DNA from: an uncultured virus (IMG/VR IMGVR_UViG_2029527006_000008)
Taxonomy: Duplodnaviria; Heunggongvirae; Uroviricota; Caudoviricetes
DNA: 64,000 nucleotides
Strand: one strand, 5' to 3'
Virus record (IMG/VR): IMGVR_UViG_2029527006_000008
Location: 1-64,000 of that record
Of the stretch, positions 47,158 to 57,513 are shown piece after piece. The translations under genes were made by a program, and so were the position numbers. Below the pieces are notes generated by a model. That model ran no database searches and had not been told where the DNA came from. It was given only the letters and a program-made list of their open reading frames with translations. The first letter of the stretch is position 1. Each line of letters opens with the position of its first letter.

Positions 47158-47500
47158 CCTTCGCTCGTTCGACAGCGTAATTGAGAACGAATTAGCTAGA
47201 CGCATTCCATTTAGTCTGGGGGAAACACGGTCAATTTATTTCATGCCGGCTATCTACCAGCGATTGGCCAACGAGCTTTCCTATTATAAAGGAACGTTCT
47301 ACTGCAAGCAGCGTTACGACACCAAAGCTTTCCGCACGGCTTACCAACACGAAGATCAAGAAGAAATTATTGATGAACTGGGTTGTGAATTAAGTATGCG
47401 TTTGTGTGCTTTGTTAGGCGTAACACGACTGCAGTACGGTGTGCGAATTGAATTCATAACGCATAACCAATGGCTGATTAACTACATCGAGGAGCACTGA
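47048..47500 (+). CDS. Hypothetical protein (start uncertain)
   Basis: Fills the gap in the operon; TGATG coupling to the next gene. Confidence 0.6.
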   Translation: MTVPSLIKTLSTTQAWTKSMTGSTENYNPRRLQKTLDLRSFDSVIENELARRIPFSLGETRSIYFMPAIYQRLANELSYYKGTFYCKQRYDTKAFRTAYQHEDQEEIIDELGCELSMRLCALLGVTRLQYGVRIEFITHNQWLINYIEEH

Positions 47501-47805
47501 TGATTACTCAAAACCTGTATGTTGGCAACTTGATCTCTGCCATCAATCAGTTTACAGACGTAGGAGATGACGTCTGCGAGTGGGGCGAATGGATGGTGAG
47601 TTATGCAGTGGACTGCGCGATATCCAACAAGATCCCTGACTACCGTGAAAAACTCATCGGTATTGCGGGTGAAGAGTTCGCTGATGAAATTCTTTCTGAC
47701 CACATGCGTGATTTCCGCCGCATTGAACTTGCTGTTCGTAACTTGAAAGATGATTTCTTTGATTATAGCGTAACGTCCCTCGGCGTTAACTTCGTAGGAC
47801 ATTAA
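47500..47805 (+). CDS. Hypothetical protein
   Basis: 101 aa, GAGGAG RBS. Confidence 0.7.
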   Translation: MITQNLYVGNLISAINQFTDVGDDVCEWGEWMVSYAVDCAISNKIPDYREKLIGIAGEEFADEILSDHMRDFRRIELAVRNLKDDFFDYSVTSLGVNFVGH

Positions 47806-47806
47806 C

Positions 47807-48109
47807 ATGCAAAACCGACTGGTTTCTGTTCTTAACCTGGTTCGTGACCTGAACCTGGCACTGGGTGACAATACCGGTGAAGAAATCCTCTGCAACTTAG
47901 TAGGGGAAATGGTGCACAGTCGCAACGTCGATCTGGACGCCTACTTCAAAAAGGTGTTTGAAACCGAATGGGTTCGCCACAAAGTTCTGATGGATCTGCG
48001 TCCACGTTTAAATACGTTGGCGTATCAGATCAATGTGATGAAAGATAAATTTACTGTAAATTCATATAGTGTCAGCAATTTAGGAGCAACGTTCTATGGC
48101 GAGCAATAA
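47807..48109 (+). CDS. Hypothetical protein
   Basis: 100 aa, AGGA RBS. Confidence 0.7.
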   Translation: MQNRLVSVLNLVRDLNLALGDNTGEEILCNLVGEMVHSRNVDLDAYFKKVFETEWVRHKVLMDLRPRLNTLAYQINVMKDKFTVNSYSVSNLGATFYGEQ

Positions 48110-48413
48110 AAAGCGACATGACATTACTGTCGCCTTCCCTGTTAACACCAACCTCGAAGATTTCGTTTTCCACTATGCTGCGCTGTTTGCTGCCCATGGT
48201 GTGAAACACAATCTGCCGGCCTGCACCAGTCCGCACACTCGACTCACCAATGCGGTGAAAGAGTCACAGGATCGTTTACTGCGCGACTTCCAAATGGTGA
48301 ACGATCGTCTGTACCAGTGGAAGAACGAAGTGCACCTCAATGGTGACATCGAAGTAGTCGAAATGAAGGTGACAGGCAATTCTGTGCGAATCAGTTTCAA
48401 CATCGGAAAATAA
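48096..48413 (+). CDS. Hypothetical protein
   Basis: 105 aa, AGGAG RBS. Confidence 0.7.
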   Translation: MASNKKRHDITVAFPVNTNLEDFVFHYAALFAAHGVKHNLPACTSPHTRLTNAVKESQDRLLRDFQMVNDRLYQWKNEVHLNGDIEVVEMKVTGNSVRISFNIGK

Positions 48414-48416
48414 GCC

Positions 48417-48752
48417 ATGCAATACACGCTCCTTAACGACACCAAGCTGTGTTACTTAAAGCTGTGGGAGTTGCTTAAAGATGACGACGCTTTTGTGGAT
48501 ACTCCGGTTGTGTCCGTTAAGGAAGAGTGGTTTTACCAGAAACTCGACATGGCAATTGAACGTGCCATGAATCACGGTGAGTCGTCTCCGTTGTATGAGG
48601 CGATTCTCATGCCAGTGCAACATCTGGCAGAAAGTGACTCGGTGCTGGTAGAACCCACGTTATCTTTGCAGCTTGCCTATTCGTTGGATATCGGTGATCA
48701 GGTAATCAACCTTCCCTATATTCGCTACAACATCACCCTCATCGTTAAATAG
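48417..48752 (+). CDS. Hypothetical protein
   Basis: 111 aa, operon packing. Confidence 0.7.
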   Translation: MQYTLLNDTKLCYLKLWELLKDDDAFVDTPVVSVKEEWFYQKLDMAIERAMNHGESSPLYEAILMPVQHLAESDSVLVEPTLSLQLAYSLDIGDQVINLPYIRYNITLIVK

Positions 48753-48760
48753 GAGCTCCA

Positions 48761-49177
48761 ATGATCACCGTAAATGAAGGTGACATCGTTGACTTCAGTT
48801 TGATGACCGACACAATTCTGGGAGGTAAGCGCACGGGTGTTACTGTGACAGCCCCTCCCATGAGTTACAGTGCGGCATCCAGACTGGATCCCAACCTGAA
48901 CAACAAGCACAAAAACATGTTTCCCTTCTTTCGTGAAAAGGTAGACAATGTTGATGATCCGGCGAAGTACAAATACTTTGCGGTAGAGAACGCCAATGGC
49001 ACGATGGAGGTTATCGGCGTGCCGTGGGTAATGGATACTACCTACAAACCTATTCTCACACGTGAGGTCACTTATGTGATTCACAACTTCCGTGAAGAAT
49101 GGCGTTCGACCATCGAGACGATGTACAAAAACCTCGGTGCGACATTTACCTCACTCGATAACACGGATGTAAAATAA
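48761..49177 (+). CDS. Conserved jumbo phage protein (syntenic with phiKZ gp49)
   Basis: 138 aa, AGGAG RBS, IGVPWV motif, directly upstream of the DNA polymerase. Confidence 0.65.
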   Translation: MITVNEGDIVDFSLMTDTILGGKRTGVTVTAPPMSYSAASRLDPNLNNKHKNMFPFFREKVDNVDDPAKYKYFAVENANGTMEVIGVPWVMDTTYKPILTREVTYVIHNFREEWRSTIETMYKNLGATFTSLDNTDVK

Positions 49178-49189
49178 AGGTAAATTATT

Positions 49190-49235
49190 ACTGCTATTCC
49201 CATGGTAGGGAATAGCAGTTTAACTTTTATTTTTT
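49190..49235 (+). terminator. Intrinsic terminator
   Basis: ACTGCTATTCCC...GGGAATAGCAGT followed by a T tract. Confidence 0.75.
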
Positions 49236-49248
49236 CTCTGAGGTATTT

Positions 49249-51330
49249 GTGGAAACGACAATTAATCCATTTAAAAATGCCGACTATACCGCAGACCGAG
49301 ATTTTCTTAAGTTCTACCATGAGCAAATAGCGTACTACCTTTCACATCATTATAAGACCTCATCGGCCAAGATGTTGAAGTGGGTGAAGCATGTTTTCAA
49401 GGTAAATCAGAACGGCTTTAATGAAGTTAAATTTAAAGTATTAGAGAAAAACAAATACGGCGACCGTGAAGTCAAAATCAAAGGTGCGCGAGAATTCTTC
49501 GCGGGTGTAGAGGAAAAGAACTTACACCTTAGCCCCTCGTTTGTAGGTTATACTAACTACGACGAATGTCCGTCAGTCAACGCCCTGGGTACCGAGAAGT
49601 ACATTGCAGATCGCGGCAAATATAAGAAGCTGCGTAGCAAGGCCAGTCTTGAGAAAGACGACTACGGTTATAAAACGTATAACGAAATCCAGAACGCCTT
49701 GAAGATCTTTAACAACGCGCAGTCTGGAGCGATGTCATCAAACGGGACACCGATTCGTAACAAGTCGGGACACACTACGTTAACCAGTACCTGTCGTACG
49801 GTAACGTCAACCGTGAACTTAATGAACGAGCGTCTGTTGAACGGCAACCGACTCTTCATTAACTATAAGAAAACATTGCAGCACATGGTGGCAGTGCTAC
49901 GATCAACGGACTTCCCGAAACTGCTTGCGACAATGGAGCGGTTGAAGATGGTTCACGCCACCGTAGATCAGGTTATGGATATGATCTACCGTTGCACCAA
50001 GTATTATTGGAGCAACAAAGAGAACTACGCCAAGCTGCGTGAATTCGTGGAGATGTTGAATCCCGAAGAGCGTACCGCGGTTCTGTGTATCGGTGACTTG
50101 CAAGGTTTGTTCGTCACTAACCACAATGTAATTCGTGAGTTCCTGGATGACTGGATGAAGGTTCCAGAGATTCCAGAAGGGAAAACCAAAGACGACTTCA
50201 TTGCGCCGTCTGATGGTGACTACTACACGCTGTGTATCACGAAGATCGGACAGGAAAGTTCTAAGCTTGAACTCAATGCGTTGAACCAATATCATCTCGA
50301 CGTTGAGAAGAAGTGGTTTGACTTTATTGAAGTGTTCTTCAAAACCAAAACAGCGGTGAGTGATGTTTACTCCGTGACTGAGATGGTGCGTGAAGCAGTG
50401 CTGACCTCAGATACCGACTCCTCTATTTATAGTGCGGACGATATCTGTAATATGTACGGCGGAACGCCAGAAGCCATGATCAAACTGAACGGTGTGTTGA
50501 CGTACTTTATTCGCCTGATGGCGATTCATCAGCACGCACAGCTCAGCAAGAACATGAACGTTTCTGATCGTAACCTCTATAACCTGAACATGAAGAACGA
50601 ATACCTGTTCGGTTCATATGTTACCACGCTGATGTCCAAACACTACTATGCAACTCAGCTGATGCAAGAAGGTGTAATGCACTCCAAGATTAAAATGGAG
50701 ATCAAGGGCGTTCACCTGCGTTCGTCAAAAGTGGCCAAGGTTATTAAAGACTTTGCTCACAAACTCATGCGCGACATTCTCGATGTGATTTATCACAAAC
50801 AGAAGATGGATCCTTCTACACTGTTGTATAATGTAGCGGAACTGGAACGTATGGTTATCGACGGCATCAACGGGGGAGATTGGGTGTGGCTCAGCAAGCA
50901 AACCATCAAAGACAAGGAAGTGTATTCCAACCCAGAAGGCAGCATCTATCAGTACCATGAGTTGTGGGAAGAAGTATTTGCTGACAAGTATGGCGCGGCA
51001 CCACCAATCCCGTATGTTGGGGTTAAGGTGAGCACAGACTTGACCACGAAGGCGCGTTTGGAAGAGTACCTGGATCTGTTGGGCGATTGCGAAATCAAAC
51101 ATCGGTTGAAGGCGTACTTAGAGGCGAGAGGCCAGGATAAGTTAACAACGTTCTACGTTCCAGTTGACAACCTCCTGACAATTCACACCATTCCGCAGGA
51201 GATCATTAAAGGCACAGACACCCGTCGTATCGTGAAGCAGAACTTGAAATCTGTGTACGCGGTATTGGAATCTGCGGGCTTGTATATCTCCAACAAAAAC
51301 ATTACTCGTCTGGTGTCCGACGAACATTAA
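49249..51330 (+). CDS. Family B DNA polymerase, polymerase subunit (phiKZ gp50-like)
   Basis: Q.ALKIFNNA.SG motif B, SDTDS motif C, K.Y and EIKG; no exonuclease domain visible (split polymerase). Confidence 0.88.
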   Translation: METTINPFKNADYTADRDFLKFYHEQIAYYLSHHYKTSSAKMLKWVKHVFKVNQNGFNEVKFKVLEKNKYGDREVKIKGAREFFAGVEEKNLHLSPSFVGYTNYDECPSVNALGTEKYIADRGKYKKLRSKASLEKDDYGYKTYNEIQNALKIFNNAQSGAMSSNGTPIRNKSGHTTLTSTCRTVTSTVNLMNERLLNGNRLFINYKKTLQHMVAVLRSTDFPKLLATMERLKMVHATVDQVMDMIYRCTKYYWSNKENYAKLREFVEMLNPEERTAVLCIGDLQGLFVTNHNVIREFLDDWMKVPEIPEGKTKDDFIAPSDGDYYTLCITKIGQESSKLELNALNQYHLDVEKKWFDFIEVFFKTKTAVSDVYSVTEMVREAVLTSDTDSSIYSADDICNMYGGTPEAMIKLNGVLTYFIRLMAIHQHAQLSKNMNVSDRNLYNLNMKNEYLFGSYVTTLMSKHYYATQLMQEGVMHSKIKMEIKGVHLRSSKVAKVIKDFAHKLMRDILDVIYHKQKMDPSTLLYNVAELERMVIDGINGGDWVWLSKQTIKDKEVYSNPEGSIYQYHELWEEVFADKYGAAPPIPYVGVKVSTDLTTKARLEEYLDLLGDCEIKHRLKAYLEARGQDKLTTFYVPVDNLLTIHTIPQEIIKGTDTRRIVKQNLKSVYAVLESAGLYISNKNITRLVSDEH

Positions 51331-51350
51331 AACAAACATAATACTATGTG

Positions 51351-51375
51351 TAGCTACTGGCATTGCCAGTAGCTA
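51351..51375. terminator. Bidirectional terminator
   Basis: TAGCTACTGGCA-T-TGCCAGTAGCTA between convergent genes. Confidence 0.75.
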
Positions 51376-51379
51376 TTAT

Positions 51380-52471
51380 TTATGCGTTCATTAGGTCAAG
51401 TTGTTTTAACATGGCGATAGCGTGTTTACGGAAATCAACATCATCAATCTGTTTCCAGCGGTTTTCTACCAGCGGAGCAAAACGCTTTAAGGTTCCGGCG
51501 ATGCTGTTGGGGGTATAGCTTAACTCATTGCACAGCGCGAAATAGATCTGATAATACTTAACCGCATTGAGCTCAAATCCCCAGATAACATTCGGGTTGT
51601 AATTGAGGTCGTACTGTTGAGCATTGAAGAAACCTACCAGCTCTGGCGTGAGTTCAGTTTCCAGATAGTTTTGCAACAGCTGATGGGTTTTCCAGGTACT
51701 GGCTTTCATGCTCTTAACCTGATAGGTCAGCATGGCGGTCAGTCCTTTACGCACGCCCACGATGTTGAAGTCCAGCCCTTCACCTTCCAGCAGTTCACTG
51801 TAGCCCACACGATTTACAATGTGCGCGTGCAGTGCATTGAAGTAAGCGAGTTGGTTATGCTGCAAACCAAACTTGGGCGTCACAATGTTTGCCAGATAGT
51901 GATGGATGCCGTGACCGTCATACCGCGGGTCATTCATGTACTTCCACCAACCCACAGCCAGTTCCACAATGTTAATGCCGATATAGGCAAAGTCATTGCT
52001 GTAGTCAAACTGCTGAACACGTTCCCGTTCTGCACTGGGGTTATAAGTCCAGTTTGTCAGGGTAGAGTAAATAGGAACCAGGGGATTCAACTCCATGAGT
52101 TCCAGCTTAGAGAGGTCGCGAGTTTTTTCTAACAGGCAGAAGCATTCTGTACAGCCACCGTAGAACAAGGTATCTTTGTGCACGCCTTCACGGTTACTGT
52201 TAGAGATGATCTTGAACGCAGAACATAAAGAGCGACTGCGGAACTTGGCGTAGGTCATCACGTACTCCAATGTCCACGTGGGGTCAACAGCCAACGTTTG
52301 CAGTAAGCCAACCAGCATGTTCTGGTTAAACAGATTCAGGTTCTTTTCACCAATACGCTTCCACATTTGGCGAACGTTGTAATTGTTATTACGAACGATG
52401 TCATTAATGAGCGGGTAACGCATTGGGGAAAGTCGTGAACTGTCTGTCGTATCGACTAAAATAGTTTGCAT
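51380..52471 (-). CDS. Conserved jumbo phage protein (syntenic with phiKZ gp52)
   Basis: 363 aa, opposite strand between the DNA polymerase and chimallin. Confidence 0.65.
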   Translation of the reverse strand: MQTILVDTTDSSRLSPMRYPLINDIVRNNNYNVRQMWKRIGEKNLNLFNQNMLVGLLQTLAVDPTWTLEYVMTYAKFRSRSLCSAFKIISNSNREGVHKDTLFYGGCTECFCLLEKTRDLSKLELMELNPLVPIYSTLTNWTYNPSAERERVQQFDYSNDFAYIGINIVELAVGWWKYMNDPRYDGHGIHHYLANIVTPKFGLQHNQLAYFNALHAHIVNRVGYSELLEGEGLDFNIVGVRKGLTAMLTYQVKSMKASTWKTHQLLQNYLETELTPELVGFFNAQQYDLNYNPNVIWGFELNAVKYYQIYFALCNELSYTPNSIAGTLKRFAPLVENRWKQIDDVDFRKHAIAMLKQLDLMNA

Positions 52472-52591
52472 AATTTTTTACCAGCATTACCTATTATATG
52501 TACACACATGCGGGCAACCGTGTGGGCCTCGGGGTTACACGCATATTTCGTTATTCACATAACATTTTGCACTCCCCAAAAATATTTCAAG

Positions 52592-52601
52592 TCTACATTA
52601 C
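52592..52601 (+). promoter_or_regulatory. Early promoter motif for chimallin
   Basis: TTTCAAG-TCTACATTAC. Confidence 0.8.
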
Positions 52602-52714
52602 TAGAGTGTATAAACCATAATGATATTTCATTGACTGTATATCTTATTGTGTTTCTACATTCGAATGTAACAAGAAACCTTAATTAATCCAATAGTAGAT
52701 AATGGAGAAGTACA

Positions 52715-54697
52715 ATGGGCGTTAACCAAAACAATGGCGGTAACAATGCGTGGGAAGACAACGGCGACAACGGTCGTTCCAACGATAACCGCAACACCCA
52801 ATCAAGTGGGCTGACGAGCCTGCTGGGTCTGCTGGGTCAAACCTCTTCGACCTTCACCGGTCGCGCTATTCCGGAAATGAACAAAGTTCAGGAAGAGCTG
52901 CAGAAAGTTTTCAAACAGCGTGGCGAAGATCGTCTCAATACGCTGAAAGCAAAAATCGTCCCGGGCATCGATCTGATCGATCCGAACGTTTCTCCGATTC
53001 TGCCGGGCCTCGTGCTGTGGCTGAAACAAGAGAACACTATCTACATCGCACCGTTCCTGTTCTACGCTAAGAACATGATCGTTGACGTTGAAGAAGTGGT
53101 GATGTACACCGCACAAGCTTCACACCGCGTAAACGTACCGCGTACTCCGTCGGCGTACATTGACAAGCGTCTGAACCACGAGCTGGTCAACACGTTCAAA
53201 ACCAACCACGGCAGCTCCCTGAACATCGTTCAGATCGCGGCCGGCGTAATCAACCTGGAACTGTACGGCGACATCCGCAACGATGAGAAGCGCGTTGTTG
53301 ACAAGATCCAGGCGTACATGGACCGTGAGTGGGAAACTGGTATTCTGATCGAACTCGTTCGTCAGACCGCTAACACTCCGAACGCCAAGCTGCCGTCTCC
53401 GTTCTTCGGTAACCAGCCTTACGGCGCGAACGGTACTGCTGATGCGCGTATCGCTGCAATCACTACGCCGGTTCACGGTGAAAACGGTGTCATCCTGCCT
53501 GCCAACATGGAAGTAGCGGTGGTTACCACTAACCCGAACCAGTACGGTCAGAACAACCCGAACTCTGACTCTACTCCGCGCGAAGTCTGCCGCGTTCACG
53601 CGAACGTGTCTCTGCTGCCGGTAAACCACGGTGAGTACCTGACCAACATCCGTCGTGCCAACATCAACCCGCTGGGTCTGGGTGGTCCGATGAACGATGG
53701 TTATCGTCCGTTCCGTCCGTGTATCGCACTGAACAACGCGATCGCTGGTCCGCAGATGAACTCCAACGGCGGTATCATTCCGTTCCTGATGGGCCTGTAC
53801 GTGCTGATGTGTGCGAACAACCGTTACGCCTTCGCTGACGTTCTGCGTCGTCCGAAGTGCGGTGTGCGTGGCAACCTGGCTAACCTGGAGCCGCGTCTGG
53901 ACAAACTGTTCCAGGACAACCACATCCCGCGTATCGTTGGTCAGAACAGCACCAAGCTGGACAGCAAAACCATCATCGATATCGAGCTGGTTAACCGCTG
54001 GATTCAGCAGCACATCATGCAGCAGGCGATCTTCACTGTGCCTGTGCTGCCTACCGGCGCCAACTCAGCTCTGACCAAACTGCTGATCGATCTCAATAAC
54101 CCGACCACTCGTGCGGATGCGGTTAAAGCGATCATGTCTGCAGCGGATGCCATCTCCAACAACGCTTTCTCTAAAGCGGCGGCGGCGAACTCTGGCACCG
54201 AAGGCAAAGGCTGGAACCCAAGCAAACCGATCTACCACGCATCTAACATCCTGGTCGTCGACGGTACTGCGCGCTTCAACGGCGAGCTGTTCAACCTGGG
54301 CGAACTGGACGAGATGTCGGTACATCACTTCGCTGGCCCGAACGGCGGTGCGAACGCAGACGTGTTCCTGCGTACCATGTATCAGCAGAACGATCGTGAA
54401 AACCTCAAAGCTCGTCAGCAGCGCCTGCGCATCATGCTGACCGAAGCGATGAACCTGACCGATCTGGAAATCAACGGCTTCGGTCGTGTGGCTGTGATGG
54501 ACCCAGGCTTCATGAACCTGCTGGGTACTGTGTTCTCTTCTATCGGCACGCTGAACACCAGCTCTATCTCTGGTAACTTCATGAACAACGAAGCAATCTT
54601 CGCGCCGGGCACTTCTCTGGCAGTTGATTACGTCGCTGGCGTGAACACCAACCAGCAGGGCGGTGCAAGCTGGGATGCTTACGGCGTTATCGGATAA
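52715..54697 (+). CDS. chmA: Chimallin, phage nuclear shell protein
   Basis: 660 aa, extreme optimal codon bias, own early promoter and terminator, disordered N-terminus, canonical position between the DNA polymerase block and nvRNAP beta'. Confidence 0.8.
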   Translation: MGVNQNNGGNNAWEDNGDNGRSNDNRNTQSSGLTSLLGLLGQTSSTFTGRAIPEMNKVQEELQKVFKQRGEDRLNTLKAKIVPGIDLIDPNVSPILPGLVLWLKQENTIYIAPFLFYAKNMIVDVEEVVMYTAQASHRVNVPRTPSAYIDKRLNHELVNTFKTNHGSSLNIVQIAAGVINLELYGDIRNDEKRVVDKIQAYMDREWETGILIELVRQTANTPNAKLPSPFFGNQPYGANGTADARIAAITTPVHGENGVILPANMEVAVVTTNPNQYGQNNPNSDSTPREVCRVHANVSLLPVNHGEYLTNIRRANINPLGLGGPMNDGYRPFRPCIALNNAIAGPQMNSNGGIIPFLMGLYVLMCANNRYAFADVLRRPKCGVRGNLANLEPRLDKLFQDNHIPRIVGQNSTKLDSKTIIDIELVNRWIQQHIMQQAIFTVPVLPTGANSALTKLLIDLNNPTTRADAVKAIMSAADAISNNAFSKAAAANSGTEGKGWNPSKPIYHASNILVVDGTARFNGELFNLGELDEMSVHHFAGPNGGANADVFLRTMYQQNDRENLKARQQRLRIMLTEAMNLTDLEINGFGRVAVMDPGFMNLLGTVFSSIGTLNTSSISGNFMNNEAIFAPGTSLAVDYVAGVNTNQQGGASWDAYGVIG

Positions 54698-54723
54698 CAC
54701 TGTAGGTTAACCACAAGGACAGG

Positions 54724-54770
54724 TGAGTTGGGGGGAAACCTCCAACTCATTTTCCTCTTCTTTATTTTTT
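54724..54770 (+). terminator. Intrinsic terminator
   Basis: TGAGTTGGGGG-GAAA-CCTCCAACTCA-TTTT. Confidence 0.8.
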
Positions 54771-54780
54771 ATGGTGAAAT

Positions 54781-56424
54781 ATGTTTCCAACTCCGTCTCC
54801 TGAACTCGAAAGAGTGATCTCTAAACTGACCTCTCCTGATTTGGTTGATGTTAACCCAATCGCTAAGTTCCGTGAGTATGCAAAAGGTGTTGAACATCGT
54901 CTTCCCGATGATTTGAAATTTATGTCACCGCATTACCCTGACTTTGAGGATTACAACTATCTTCATGATACGTCGGAATCTACCCCGATCTATCTGAACG
55001 ATTATGACCTCAACATTGAAGAAGATCGCTCTCGGTTAGCTGAGTTGACCCGTATGGAGTTCAACGGCAATACCTTTATGCAGGTCGCACAATGTAGTCC
55101 GGGTTGCGGAACGCTGAAAGGTAACTACCTTGTGGGTAGTGGCATCAGCTGTCCAAACTGTGGTAACACGGTAGAACTTCATTATGACAAACAGCATGAA
55201 GTCGGCCTGTGGATTAAAACTCCTGAAGGCGTTGACGCATTCGTGAGTCATTCTTTCTATAACACGTTCTTCTCTTCTATCTGTGTGGTGAAACAAGGTT
55301 CCCAGCGCATTATCATTGCGCGCTATTTCATGGACCCGACCTATCGCCGCGAGATCAAGAAGAAGCACGCCGTTACAGAAATGTTGCTGTTGAACATTCT
55401 CAAGGAACTGGGAATCGACGATATCAGCATGAATGGTTTCTATCGCAATTGTGAATTGCTCATGGCCTACTTCCTCACTGGCCCTGGTGCAAAACACACG
55501 GGATTAAAAGAACGATCGCTCGAAGCCTGGACATTCTGGAACCGATTTAAGCACAAGGCATTCTTCAACTACCTCAAAGTACCGAGCCGCTTCTCCACAA
55601 TTCTGGAGCACAACGAGCGCGGCACCTGGGGTGTAGAAGGACAGCCGGAAACCAAACAGATCTACTACACCATCGCAGGGTGTAAACGATCCAGTGAGTT
55701 CTACCAACTTACTGAGCAGGACAAACGCCGAAACTGTGGTATCGTGGGCGCCAAAATCATTGAGCTCACCGATATGTATATGAAGAAGTTGAACCGACGC
55801 AACATCTTCCACAAAAAGGCAATCAGTCGTAAACACATCTGTTCGGGTAACTTGCCTGTAACAGGTCGTCGTGTTATCACCTCTATCACAGGGTTGATCG
55901 ATCCTAACAAGATCGTGGTACCGTGGAAGCTGGCTGTGTCGGCACTGGCAGTACACATCACCAACGAGCTTTACCGCAGAGGGTTTACGCCACTCAAAGC
56001 AATGCGCCATCTCAACATCACCGCCTACAAAGTGGATGACGTTGTTGATGATTTCCTGCGTCGCATGGAAGAGCAGCGTAAGATCCTGGGTAAGTCTCAC
56101 CGAAATCCATCAAACGAATATCTGAGTATCAAAGCGTTCTGGGTTGCTGTGAACCGCAGTTTGGATGACGAAAGTCTGAAGATCTCGATTCTGGCATGTC
56201 CGTCGTACAACGCTGACTTCGATGGTGACCAGATGCCAATTCGTTTCTGTTTGGATAAAGAATCAAAAGCGAAAGCTTATGGTTCGTTCGGCCATCACCA
56301 GACCCTGGATAAGAATGTTCCGTTCCGTGTAAGTGGACTGGCGGGCATGCCGGCTACCCACCTCATGAACCTGAACATGATGATGCATGCGATTAAACCG
56401 GAATTGGATAATGAACAGCTCTGA
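54781..56424 (+). CDS. Non-virion RNA polymerase beta' subunit (phiKZ gp55-like)
   Basis: Zn-ribbon cysteines (CSPGC...CPNCG), RRVI, HRNPS and catalytic YNADFDGDQM. Confidence 0.93.
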   Translation: MFPTPSPELERVISKLTSPDLVDVNPIAKFREYAKGVEHRLPDDLKFMSPHYPDFEDYNYLHDTSESTPIYLNDYDLNIEEDRSRLAELTRMEFNGNTFMQVAQCSPGCGTLKGNYLVGSGISCPNCGNTVELHYDKQHEVGLWIKTPEGVDAFVSHSFYNTFFSSICVVKQGSQRIIIARYFMDPTYRREIKKKHAVTEMLLLNILKELGIDDISMNGFYRNCELLMAYFLTGPGAKHTGLKERSLEAWTFWNRFKHKAFFNYLKVPSRFSTILEHNERGTWGVEGQPETKQIYYTIAGCKRSSEFYQLTEQDKRRNCGIVGAKIIELTDMYMKKLNRRNIFHKKAISRKHICSGNLPVTGRRVITSITGLIDPNKIVVPWKLAVSALAVHITNELYRRGFTPLKAMRHLNITAYKVDDVVDDFLRRMEEQRKILGKSHRNPSNEYLSIKAFWVAVNRSLDDESLKISILACPSYNADFDGDQMPIRFCLDKESKAKAYGSFGHHQTLDKNVPFRVSGLAGMPATHLMNLNMMMHAIKPELDNEQL

Positions 56425-57055
56425 TCTTTTTGCATTTGGTATTTCTGGTTCGCAGACTGAACAGTCTATCGGCCAATACCAAGCCTTCGTTAACCAAAGC
56501 AATGCCGTCGCACCCTCCGGTATTTCCTCATGGCTGAAAGACAAAGTTGACGGGTTACAACAGAACTTCATAGGTTTTGTTAATTCCCGTCTGTGGGAGT
56601 ACTCAACACGCTTGCTGGGTGAAGGCAGTGGTGAGTACGTGGGTCGGTTTGATATCGGCTATCTCAGAACCATTGAGGGTCTGCAGAGCGCCGAAGGTCT
56701 GATGCAGAACTACATCATGGCAAACCCGAATGTGATGAAACTCTATCAAGATGACATCATTGAAGGTTACGGCGGTAACTTCTCTCCGCTGTGTAAAGGC
56801 ATTGGTCGGGATAACTTGTTCTTCCGTCAAGCCACTAATGGTGTAACGCGTCAAGAAGGTGAAGGCGAAGATCGTCACTGGCTTCGCACCCACTTCCAAG
56901 ACTCAATCGGTAATGCGTTGAGTTTCCGCGAACGTGTGGACATCCAAAAAACGTGGATGGCAGTGGATCACCATATCGCAACAACCTATCTGGACATTAC
57001 CAGTCCGTTGGGCAAAGCGCGTAAAGACCACGAAACCGAAACCAAAGAAATGTAA
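56411..57055 (+). CDS. Conserved jumbo phage protein
   Basis: Start MNSSD overlapping the RNAP gene; LQSA...MQNYIMANP...EGY and DITSP motifs. Confidence 0.75.
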   Translation: MNSSDLFAFGISGSQTEQSIGQYQAFVNQSNAVAPSGISSWLKDKVDGLQQNFIGFVNSRLWEYSTRLLGEGSGEYVGRFDIGYLRTIEGLQSAEGLMQNYIMANPNVMKLYQDDIIEGYGGNFSPLCKGIGRDNLFFRQATNGVTRQEGEGEDRHWLRTHFQDSIGNALSFRERVDIQKTWMAVDHHIATTYLDITSPLGKARKDHETETKEM

Positions 57056-57104
57056 GCTCAACTACTGCCTCCTCACCGGGGCAGTAGTTTCATTAGGAGT
57101 TGTT

Positions 57105-57461
57105 ATGGAAGTACAGAACGTTGAATATGAATTCTCGCAATCCTGCACCACGGCTATGTTGCGCCATGATCCCTCTGCACCTTTGCGTTTGGCGAAGCTG
57201 TGGTACAAAGACGGCAGCAAAGAAGGGCGCACTTGCGACATCGAAATTGGCGACGTGGAATCGCGTATCAAGAAAGGTGAGTTCTTTGTACAGCGTCAGT
57301 ACACACTCTCTATGCCAATGAAAGGTTTCAAAGCCGAAGTCTCTGGCAGTATTGATACGGACAATGATATCCATACATGCGATATCGAAATCTTACGCCA
57401 AACCGCCAATGGATGGGAAGTGGTTGCTGATCCCGTCTATACACTGACTCTGTTTTATTAA
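57105..57461 (+). CDS. Hypothetical protein
   Basis: AGGAG RBS before ATG 57105; follows the hairpin ACTACTGCC...GGCAGTAGT. Confidence 0.7.
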   Translation: MEVQNVEYEFSQSCTTAMLRHDPSAPLRLAKLWYKDGSKEGRTCDIEIGDVESRIKKGEFFVQRQYTLSMPMKGFKAEVSGSIDTDNDIHTCDIEILRQTANGWEVVADPVYTLTLFY

Positions 57462-57513
57462 TCGAATTTGGTTCCCTCGTGGTGAGGGAGCTTTAACCCA
57501 GGAGTAAAGAAGT

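Noticed and set aside
54781..56424. Intron or intein in nvRNAP beta', which is interrupted in some relatives
   Set aside because: The ORF is continuous through NADFDGD with no splice motifs
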